A stretch of 64,000 nucleotides of DNA from an uncultured Bacteroidota bacterium (GTDB lineage: Bacteria > Bacteroidota > Bacteroidia > 2-12-FULL-35-15): NCBI GenBank assembly GCA_903847205.1, contig CAINDA010000004.1:210-64209 (forward strand), written 5' to 3'. Positions 46,945 through 54,805 of this stretch are shown piece after piece (the stretch's first letter is position 1; every line of letters begins with the position of its first letter). The notes under the pieces were generated by a model that saw only the letters and a program-made list of their open reading frames with translations, made no database searches and was not told the DNA's origin. Both the position numbers and the translations under genes were made by a program.

Positions 46945-46969
46945 ATAAACCCCATTTATTAGGGTTTAT
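46945..46969. promoter_or_regulatory. 8-bp inverted repeat just upstream of abiEi (candidate autoregulatory operator)
   Basis: ataaaccc(46945-52) catttatta gggtttat(46962-69), 17 nt before ATG 46986. AbiEi proteins are known to autoregulate via promoter inverted repeats. Confidence 0.35.
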
Positions 46970-46985
46970 TTACAAACAAAAAGTA

Positions 46986-47786
46986 ATGTCAAGAAGCACC
47001 TACATATCTGAAAATTTAACACAGAATCATCTGGATTTTATTAGATTTTTAGATGATGAGGAGGTAGATATTTTTTCTCTAAAAGAGATTGAAAAACTTA
47101 CTAAAGGCAAGGTGAAAAATTTGAATGAGGTAATTGAAAATTTGGTTCACAAAAAAGTTCTTTCAAGAATAGAAAGAGGTAAATATTGTCGTTCCAATTT
47201 CAGAGACGAATTGGTTATTGGATGCCGTTTAGCAAATGATGGTATTGTTTCTTATTGGACGGCATTAAATAAACACGGACTAACGGAACAGTTTTCAAAC
47301 ACTATATTTATTCAAACAACCAAGGTAAAAGCAGGTAAAATTGTTTTTGGTGTAAAGTATCAGTTTGTTAAAATAGCATCTTCAAAACGCGCCGGCATTA
47401 TTAACGAAGGTTATGGAAATCACCGTTACCAAATTACTGATATTGAAAAAACAATTGTTGATTGTTTCGACTTGCCGCAATATTCCGGTGGATATGCTGA
47501 ACTTATCAGAGCATTTAATCAAACAAAATTAAATGCTGAGAAAATGATAGACTATTGTAATGCGATTCATAATATTGCCGCAACAAAGCGCATGGGGTAT
47601 TTAGCTGAACTTTTAGATAAAAAAGGCATGAAATCTTTTGTACGATTTGCACAAAACCAAATAAATCTAAAATATAATCTATTTGATCCCAAAAGTGGAG
47701 AAAATGGGGAGTTTGTAAACGACTGGCGATTACGCTTGAATATTAGCAAAGAGGAAATTTTAGACATCTGTAACAAGCAGTATTAA
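46986..47786 (+). CDS. abiEi: type IV toxin-antitoxin system AbiEi family antitoxin
   Basis: The ORF track starts at 46884. Likely start MSRSTYISENL (ATG 46986). wHTH (LVHKKVLSRIERGKYC) plus C-terminal domain (YWTALNKHGLTEQ, TDIEKTIVDCFD). Followed after an 18-nt gap by abiEii. Confidence 0.8.
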   Translation: MSRSTYISENLTQNHLDFIRFLDDEEVDIFSLKEIEKLTKGKVKNLNEVIENLVHKKVLSRIERGKYCRSNFRDELVIGCRLANDGIVSYWTALNKHGLTEQFSNTIFIQTTKVKAGKIVFGVKYQFVKIASSKRAGIINEGYGNHRYQITDIEKTIVDCFDLPQYSGGYAELIRAFNQTKLNAEKMIDYCNAIHNIAATKRMGYLAELLDKKGMKSFVRFAQNQINLKYNLFDPKSGENGEFVNDWRLRLNISKEEILDICNKQY

Positions 47787-47804
47787 TAGAGTTCCAAGCA
47801 AAAA

Positions 47805-48665
47805 ATGATTTTACAAAAAGAAATAATTAAAGCAGCGGAAGCCATTGGTGTATCAAAAAGCACAATTGATAAAGATTGGGTTTTGGGGCATTTTTTGGCG
47901 GCAATATATTCTGAACCTGAATTAAAAGAAAGTTTAATTTTTAAGGGCGGTACTTGTTTGAAAAAATGTTATTTCCCAGACTACCGTTTTTCTGAAGACC
48001 TTGATTTTACTTCTCGAAAAAAAGATTTTAAACTTACGAAAAAGCACGTTCAATTTATTTGTGAAGAATTAAAACAAAAAGCAGAAATTTTAACGCACGT
48101 AGAATCTATTCGCCCATTATTATTTAAAGATGAACATACAGGGTACGAAGTAATTATTAAGTTTTGGGGAGCCGACCATCCTCGTAATGAAGCTCCACCA
48201 CCAGCAGATAGATGGCAAACAAAAATTAAGATTGAAATTATTTTATATGAATTAATGCTATTTAAAGAAGTTGAAAAGGAAATTTCACACAACTATTCCG
48301 ACAGTTTAACCATTGAACCAAATCTTATTCCTTGTTACGCAATTGAAGAGGTTTTAGCTGAAAAACTAAGAGCTTTAATACAGCGCTCATACACAGCACC
48401 ACGTGATTTTTATGATATTTGGTATTTACAAAAAAATTATCCCAACTTGGATTTTAAGGAAATAGTAAATGCCTTCCATCATAAAATGAAATTTAAAAAT
48501 TTGGAGTTTACAGCTGTATCTCAATTAATAAATGATAAAAACGATATAAAGCTCCGTGATAGTTGGAAAAACAGTTTAGCGCATCAAATACAGGTGGCAG
48601 CATTACCCGATTTTGAAACAGTAAAAAAAGAACTTTTAGAATTATTTAATAAAATATTAAAATAA
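47805..48665 (+). CDS. abiEii: nucleotidyltransferase AbiEii/AbiGii family toxin (DUF1814)
   Basis: 286 aa. FKGGTCLKKCYFPDYRFSEDLDFT is the hallmark NTase motif. EEVLAEKLRALIQR...PRDFYDIWYL. Confidence 0.85.
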   Translation: MILQKEIIKAAEAIGVSKSTIDKDWVLGHFLAAIYSEPELKESLIFKGGTCLKKCYFPDYRFSEDLDFTSRKKDFKLTKKHVQFICEELKQKAEILTHVESIRPLLFKDEHTGYEVIIKFWGADHPRNEAPPPADRWQTKIKIEIILYELMLFKEVEKEISHNYSDSLTIEPNLIPCYAIEEVLAEKLRALIQRSYTAPRDFYDIWYLQKNYPNLDFKEIVNAFHHKMKFKNLEFTAVSQLINDKNDIKLRDSWKNSLAHQIQVAALPDFETVKKELLELFNKILK

Positions 48666-48696
48666 AATATATCATCTAAATTTTTTACAAATAATA

Positions 48697-48935
48697 ATGA
48701 CCGCAATCTATTCGACAAGTTCAAAGGAATAATTGAACACATGAAAGACTTGTATGCTTTTCATGCTGTGGTTGGGTATTTCCGGTCATTAGGCTATTTT
48801 GCTTTACAACCAACCTCATTTACAAAATATCAAAGACATTAAAATATTGGGTTGAGAAAGGTGTTTTGCAATTCATAAATGATTTAATGACAGGAAAAAT
48901 TGAAGTTAGAGTGCTTAGGTTCCCGATTTAAATCA
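48697..48935 (+). pseudogene. degraded remnant of a larger gene (N-terminal fragment, two frames)
   Basis: Frame a: DRNLFDKFKGIIEHMKDLYAFHAVVGYFRSLGYFALQP... then stop. Frame b: WVEKGVLQFINDLMTGKIEVRVLRFPI then stop. Resembles N-termini of PLD/helicase-type defence proteins, but too short to assign. Confidence 0.3.
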
Positions 48936-48992
48936 CTTAAAATGAACCTGTTATTTGCGGTAAATTTAGAGTTTTAAAATAGGATAAGATTA
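48912..48992. repeat. right copy of the about 80-bp direct repeat flanking the AbiE cassette
   Basis: See 46474..46552. Confidence 0.85.
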
Positions 48993-49078
48993 ATCAGGAT
49001 TAGCTTTTAGAAAGGAATACAGATTGACCAAAGTATCAATATCTTTTAAAAGAGTGTTTGAGATTTGGTCGCTAGGTT

Positions 49079-49127
49079 GCACTTCAAGGGAAAGCAGTTC
49101 AGAAATGGACTGCTTTTCTTTTTTACC
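49079..49127. repeat. attR direct repeat (copy of the tRNA-Leu 3' end + terminator hairpin)
   Basis: 48/49 identical to 24322..24370. Confidence 0.85.
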
Positions 49128-49216
49128 ATCCTCGAAAGTCATACAATATCCGGAAATTCATTAGGCTGTTGTTTGCGTACCCATTAAATAATTGTTGGGT
49201 GATAGGTTTGGTAATC

Positions 49217-50404
49217 TCATTCTTCACTTTTCGTGGAAGTTTCCTTCAATCTAAATGCAAGTAAAAGAGTGAGGACAAGCAATACAATCATTAAATAAAT
49301 TGCATTAGTCCAAAGTGCTTCATCGCCTTTAACCAAGGGCATTAAAATAATAACGACAACCGCACCGGCATTGCCGGCAAGCATGAGTACTCCAGTTGCT
49401 GTGCCAGCCTTCTCTGCTCCCGATTCGGCTTCACACATAGAAAGTAATAAAGCATAACCGGGCAGAAAAAAGAAACCAATTAAACCGCCCAGGATTGATA
49501 TCAGTGTGATTGAACCGGATAGACATAAGGGATACAAGAGTGCCATTGTAACAAAGCAACCCAGAATTAAAAAAGGTTTACGCATCCTGAACTTATCTGA
49601 TATGGCAGGAATAATAACAGAGCCCGCTATCCCGCCAAGGATAATGTAAGCACCGACCATACCTACCTGCTCTGCATTAATATCATTCGGTTTTAAAATC
49701 GGCTCAAGCCAGGTGGTAAGCCCGTTAAAAAAACCAATCGCTAAAAAAGAAATGATAAATAACAGTAATAAAGTTTTGCTTTTAAATAATATTTTTATTT
49801 CCTGAATTGCGCTGACAGCGATTGCCTTGCTTTTTTCAATGTTGTTTTCTTTTCCAAAAAAAATAAATATCATCGTAAGTAAAAGAGAAACAGCTGCAAA
49901 CACAATCATTGTCTGCTGGAAACCGAATTTGTCATTGAGTACAGGTGTAAGCCCCATTCCCAAAGCCATACCGATAAGCATTCCTGCTGTACCAATGCCT
50001 GTTGCCATTGCGCTGTGTTCTTTATCGAACCAATCTGAAATTAATTTTGAAATTCCATTAATAATGTAAGGCTGCCCTATTGCTATGCCGGTCTGCCCAA
50101 TAAGCAGCATATAAAAGCTGGCTTCGTAAATGCGAAGGCAGGCAAATGCAGTGCTGATAATGCTGCCGAGAATAATCACATAACGGTAGCCTTTTTTATC
50201 TATCATTGTTCCTGAATGTATTGATAATACAACATAAAGCAGGGGGAAAGACAATAACAGGGAGCTCACCATTAATTCGCTTACGCCGTACTTAATTTCT
50301 ATAAAAGAAACTAATGGAGCGAAATTCAGCCAAAGCATCTGGCTCATTGCGGCAACGCCGAAAAAAGCCATTAATACAACCCAGCGGTATGGTTTATTGA
50401 ACAT
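49217..50404 (-). CDS. MFS transporter
   Basis: 395 aa, about 12 predicted TM helices, MFS-like loop motif GTMIDKKGYRY. Confidence 0.85.
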   Translation of the reverse strand: MFNKPYRWVVLMAFFGVAAMSQMLWLNFAPLVSFIEIKYGVSELMVSSLLLSFPLLYVVLSIHSGTMIDKKGYRYVIILGSIISTAFACLRIYEASFYMLLIGQTGIAIGQPYIINGISKLISDWFDKEHSAMATGIGTAGMLIGMALGMGLTPVLNDKFGFQQTMIVFAAVSLLLTMIFIFFGKENNIEKSKAIAVSAIQEIKILFKSKTLLLLFIISFLAIGFFNGLTTWLEPILKPNDINAEQVGMVGAYIILGGIAGSVIIPAISDKFRMRKPFLILGCFVTMALLYPLCLSGSITLISILGGLIGFFFLPGYALLLSMCEAESGAEKAGTATGVLMLAGNAGAVVVIILMPLVKGDEALWTNAIYLMIVLLVLTLLLAFRLKETSTKSEE

Positions 50405-50454
50405 TTTTGTTATTCAAAATTGCAGTAATAAATATTTTTTTTCTAAATAATCAT

Positions 50455-51339
50455 CTAACGTTTGTTTCCTATTGTCAATTTTTCTTTCGCCTGCTTCAGT
50501 AAAGCTTCTTCAGCCTTATCTATGGGAGGGAATGAAGGATTCATCTGTTTTAATTTTTCTAATATTATACCGCCGATCAGCTCATGAGCGTGTAATTTAT
50601 CATCGGCAGGTATAATATACCAGGGAGCAATTTTGGTACTAGTATGTTTTAAAGCTTTCTCATAAGCTGCTTGATATTCTGTCCAAAATTCACGTTCTGC
50701 AATATCGCTGGATGAAAATTTCCAGTGTTTCTCTTTATTTTCAATTCTTTCTAAAAACCTTTCACGCTGTTCATCTTTAGATAAGTGGAGGAAAAATTTC
50801 AGAACCTGAGTTCCATTCTCAATAAGGCTTTTCTCGAAATAGTTGATTTGTTTATAACGATTGATCCAAAAACTTTTGTCTATTTTATCTATGCTTTTAA
50901 TGTCTGGAAGCCTTTCAGCTAAAACAATTTCGGGATGAACTTTTGAAATAAGTACGTTTTCGTAATGAGAACGGTTGAAAATAGTTATCTGGCCGTGTTC
51001 AGGTAATTTTTGAGCATGACGCCATAAATAATCATGTTCTAACTCTAGACTGGTGGGATGTTTGAAGCTAAATACCCATACACCCTGCGGATTAACTCCG
51101 CTCATAATATGTTTAATGGCGCCGTCTTTGCCGGAACTATCCATCCCTTGCAAAATGATTAAAAGCGACTGGCGATTCTCCGCATACAATTTATTCTGAA
51201 TTTCCGATATTTCATCAATGTCCCTTAACAGCTTTGCTTTCAGCTCATTTTTATCAGATTCTTTTAAGTTGGAGCAGGTATTGATTTTGGAGAGTTTAAT
51301 ATCCTTATTGGGCTTTACCTTGTATTTGTTAAAGTTCAT
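50455..51339 (-). CDS. polyphosphate kinase 2 (PPK2) family protein
   Basis: 294 aa. Walker A-like LLIILQGMDSSGKDGAIKHI, FNRSHYE, lid region RFLERIENKEKHWKFSSSD. Confidence 0.85.
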   Translation of the reverse strand: MNFNKYKVKPNKDIKLSKINTCSNLKESDKNELKAKLLRDIDEISEIQNKLYAENRQSLLIILQGMDSSGKDGAIKHIMSGVNPQGVWVFSFKHPTSLELEHDYLWRHAQKLPEHGQITIFNRSHYENVLISKVHPEIVLAERLPDIKSIDKIDKSFWINRYKQINYFEKSLIENGTQVLKFFLHLSKDEQRERFLERIENKEKHWKFSSSDIAEREFWTEYQAAYEKALKHTSTKIAPWYIIPADDKLHAHELIGGIILEKLKQMNPSFPPIDKAEEALLKQAKEKLTIGNKR

Positions 51340-52009
51340 AGAATGTTTGTTTTGAAAAATAAAAGTAAAAATAAGAAATTGTTATATGGTTGAGAAAATT
51401 ATAATTTTTAAAAATTGCTTCATTATAAGGCATTCTAAAAAAGCTCCACAAATTCTGATTGGAATTTTTAATTTTTCGTGCTAAAAATCACTACGCTAAA
51501 TCACTACGCTGCTTGATTAGCATCATGGATGCAGGGGGCATGCGGGCATAAATTTGCGTTTCAGAAAAAAAACAAGATGCAAACAAAATATAAACATCGG
51601 CACTATTTTCTGCCGCCAGATTGGTGTTACAATGTAAATGCCGCTTTTTAAAATTTGAAAGGATTGAAACTAATATTATCAGATACTAACGGCATTGTTT
51701 ACATTCAGAATTAACTATCACAAATACTCATCTATCAATAATCGGCAAAAAGGCTGACGAGTTTTCTGATGTTAGAAAGAAGAAGCAGAATATGTCCGGT
51801 TTCGAGGGAATTAAAGTGAACATCACTTCTGAAGCACATTTGAAAATAGTAGAGCCTGCTTTATTCTAATGGCTTTATAAAAATTTAATGCTTTCGTAAT
51901 AAACAAAAGTGTGAATTATGTAAAATTTGAAAAAATTGTGTAATAGTTTTTTAGTTTACTCAGACTATGTTTGCATGCTCAATAAAGAGCATGATAATAC
52001 AAAAGACAA

Positions 52010-52869
52010 TTGGAACAAATTCGAAATACTATTAAACTTTTAAGGTTTCCATTTTCAATATTTTTATTGCCGATATCTTTGTTTTCTCTTTACATTATTC
52101 AGGCTGAATTAAATTGGCAGCTGCTGCTGGTTTTGATTATTTGGCATATTTTAGTTTTTCCCTCCAGCAACGGATACAACAGTTATAATGACAGGGATGA
52201 AGGCCCTATAGGGGGATTAGCTTCACCTCCCAAACCGACAAGATTATTATTGTACGTAACAAATTATTTGGATGGCGCCGCCATTTTACTTTCTCATTTA
52301 ATCAATATTTATTTTACAATTTTTGTTGCTGTTTACATTACAATATCACGTCTTTACAGTTATCGGAAAGTCAGGCTGAAAAAATATCCTATCATTGGAT
52401 TTTTAGTCGTGTTCATTTTCCAGGGCGCATGGATATTCGCTGCAAATATTTTTGCTTTATCATCAGCAGTATTGTTTTCAAATCAATCAACTGTTTTTTC
52501 TGCAATAGCATGCTCATTTTTTATCGGAACAATATATCCGCTTACGCAGATCTATCAGCATGAATCGGACAGGAGCGATGGTGTAAAAACGTTAAGTATT
52601 CTGCTGGGTATAAAGGGGACTTTTTTTTTTCAGCGCTTATGTTTTTAATGGCCGGCTTGTTTATTAATTTCTCATTTCAAACCGATGGTACAATAAATAA
52701 CTACTGTTTTTTTAATCTCGTGATGCTGCCATCAACCCTCTATTTTTTAAGCTGGGGATTAAAATCCTTTAGAGATAAAACACAGGTGAATTTTAAAAAC
52801 ACTATGATCATGCTCGTTCTTTCATCAATGCTCAGCAATTTATATTTTTTGATACTACTAATAAAATAG
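52010..52869 (+). pseudogene. UbiA-family prenyltransferase interrupted by a frameshift in a T10 homopolymer
   Basis: ORFs 52010..52648 and 52639..52869 are consecutive membrane segments. Asp-rich motifs NSYNDRDEGPIGG and ESDRSDGVKTLS. With 11 instead of 10 T at 52621-52630 the reading continues GTFFFSALMFLMAGLF.... The start codon is TTG (uncertain). Confidence 0.7.
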
Positions 52870-52879
52870 AACTACATAA

Positions 52880-54031
52880 ATGTCATACATACTCGATATA
52901 GCAGCCGCTGTGCCCGAATTCAGAATTGAAAAAGAAGATATGGTGCGTTTTTATTCAGAGTCATTTGTACAGGGCGGGGCAGACCGCTTTATTCAAAAAG
53001 TGAATTCTTTAAATAATAAAACGAAAATAAATACACGCTACAGCTGCATTCCTGATTATAATGGAAATGCTTACGAATTATATACGGATGGAAACTATAA
53101 ACAGCCTGTAGAAAAAAGGATGGCTGTATATCAGAAAAAAATAATGCCTCTTGCAATCAAAGCAATTGATAAAATACTGCTTCAGAATAATATTGCACCT
53201 AGGGATATTACTCATCTGATAACTGTAAGCTGCACAGGATTGGCAGCCCCTGGCTTTGAATTTTTGACTGCAGAACACTACGGACTCCAGCATACTGAAA
53301 AATCGGCAATAAATTTCTTAGGCTGTTATGCTGCAATCAAGGCAGTGAAACAAGCATATTATATTTCACAAACATATCCTGAAGCCTGCATTTTAATAGT
53401 GAGCGCAGAACTTTGTTCATTGCATTTTTATCCGTCAGAAGCAGAGGAGGATATAGTGGCTAATTTATTGTTTGCCGACGGAGCTGCAGCAGTAATCGTC
53501 TGCGGAAAAGAAAGCAGGCATATAAAAAACAAAACGGTTTTAAATATTGATGCTGTCGGCTCTGCCTATATTCCCAATACATTAGAATTAATGACCTGGA
53601 ATATTACTTCTTCGGCATTCAGGATGCATTTAAGCAAGAATATTGTTACGGCAGTAAAAAATAATATTCAGCCGGTTGTGAGTAATTTTTTGAACGAAAG
53701 TGAAGGTGAAATAGACTATTGGGCAATTCATCCGGGAGGCGTAAGGATTGTTCAGGCTGTTAAGGAAAGTCTTTGTTTGAAGGAAAATAATGTAGAAGAT
53801 TCGCTGCACATATTGCAGCAATACGGAAATATGTCGTCACCAACCATCCTCTTTATTTTAAAAAGGATTTTGGATAAAATAAAAAATGAAGTGGAGCCGG
53901 CTGACAAAAAAATATTTGCCTGCGCTTTCGGCCCGGGGATAAGTATTGAGATGCTCCGTTTGACCTCGGTAAATACAGCCAATACAAATAAGTTAAAATA
54001 CGCTTCTGAAAATTATGCTGTTCAGGTTTAG
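52880..54031 (+). CDS. type III polyketide synthase (chalcone/stilbene synthase family)
   Basis: 383 aa. Catalytic Cys in ITVSCTGLAAPG, His in WAIHPGG, Asn in YGNMSSPTILF, C-terminal FGPGISIE. Confidence 0.9.
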   Translation: MSYILDIAAAVPEFRIEKEDMVRFYSESFVQGGADRFIQKVNSLNNKTKINTRYSCIPDYNGNAYELYTDGNYKQPVEKRMAVYQKKIMPLAIKAIDKILLQNNIAPRDITHLITVSCTGLAAPGFEFLTAEHYGLQHTEKSAINFLGCYAAIKAVKQAYYISQTYPEACILIVSAELCSLHFYPSEAEEDIVANLLFADGAAAVIVCGKESRHIKNKTVLNIDAVGSAYIPNTLELMTWNITSSAFRMHLSKNIVTAVKNNIQPVVSNFLNESEGEIDYWAIHPGGVRIVQAVKESLCLKENNVEDSLHILQQYGNMSSPTILFILKRILDKIKNEVEPADKKIFACAFGPGISIEMLRLTSVNTANTNKLKYASENYAVQV

Positions 54032-54713
54032 ATCAAAAGAAAAAGAATATTTGGATAATGCTGTTATTCCTACCAAGGATCTCCATCGGAACTTGTCGGA
54101 ATTAGACAGAATCAACAGGCATTTAGGCGGGTACAATGCTTCTCTCAAAGGACTGTCTGACATTTTAAAAACAAAAAAAACAATCCGAAATGTATTGGAT
54201 ATAGGCTTTGGCGGAGGGGATTCAATAAAACAGCTTGCTGAATTTTCAGATAAAAATAATGCTGAATTGTTTTTCTATGGTGTTGATTTAAAAAGCGACT
54301 GTGTAAACTATGCGGAAAAGAACTTAGCCGGGATGAATAACAAAAAATTAATCTGCGATGATTACCGGAATATTTCAGAACAGCTTCTTAAACAAATAGA
54401 CGTAATTCATTGCAGCTTATTCCTGCATCACCTTACAGACGAGGAAATAATCAGTTTATTCAAATTCGGTAAATCTAATAAGTGTATTATTCTTGCAAAT
54501 GATCTGCATCGTAATTGGTTAGCATATTACAGCATTAAATTCCTGACATCATTGTTTTCAAAATCATATTTGGTAAAGAATGATGCACCAATTTCAGTAT
54601 TGAGAGGATTTAGAAGAAACGAGCTGATATCATTACTCGAAAGAGCCGGATTCAAAAATTATTCGGTGAAATGGAGTTGGCCATTCAGATACATAGTGGC
54701 TGCTCATGAATGA
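54015..54713 (+). CDS. class I SAM-dependent methyltransferase
   Basis: 232 aa, 17-nt overlap with the PKS gene. Motif I VLDIGFGGGD, acidic loop YGVDL. Confidence 0.8.
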   Translation: MLFRFRSKEKEYLDNAVIPTKDLHRNLSELDRINRHLGGYNASLKGLSDILKTKKTIRNVLDIGFGGGDSIKQLAEFSDKNNAELFFYGVDLKSDCVNYAEKNLAGMNNKKLICDDYRNISEQLLKQIDVIHCSLFLHHLTDEEIISLFKFGKSNKCIILANDLHRNWLAYYSIKFLTSLFSKSYLVKNDAPISVLRGFRRNELISLLERAGFKNYSVKWSWPFRYIVAAHE

Positions 54714-54805
54714 TATAATAGAAGGGTAAATAAGCATGAAAATTATTTACCATTAAAAGACAAACTAACAGACAAAAATAAATTACAATTTAATATTTCA
54801 GATTT

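Larger units (their letters stand above)
24322..49127. mobile_element. about 24.8-kb integrative genomic (defence) island at the 3' side of tRNA-Leu, bounded by 49-bp direct repeats
   Basis: 24322..24370 gcacttcGagggaaagcagttcagaaatggactgcttttcttttttacc equals 49079..49127 with one mismatch (G/A at 24329/49086). A serine recombinase gene abuts the left repeat. Cargo is almost entirely R-M/Abi/TA-type genes. Core-type genes resume at 49217. Confidence 0.8.

Noticed and set aside
51340-52009. 670-bp ORF-free divergent region containing a perfect tandem 13-mer (aaatcactacgct x2, 51485..51510) and G-rich gcagggggcatgcgggcat. Considered as an ncRNA or small-peptide locus.
   Set aside because: No recognisable RNA family core (RNase P, tmRNA, SRP, 6S, riboswitch). 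The tiny ORFs (about 24-25 aa) have no supporting signal. Left uncalled.
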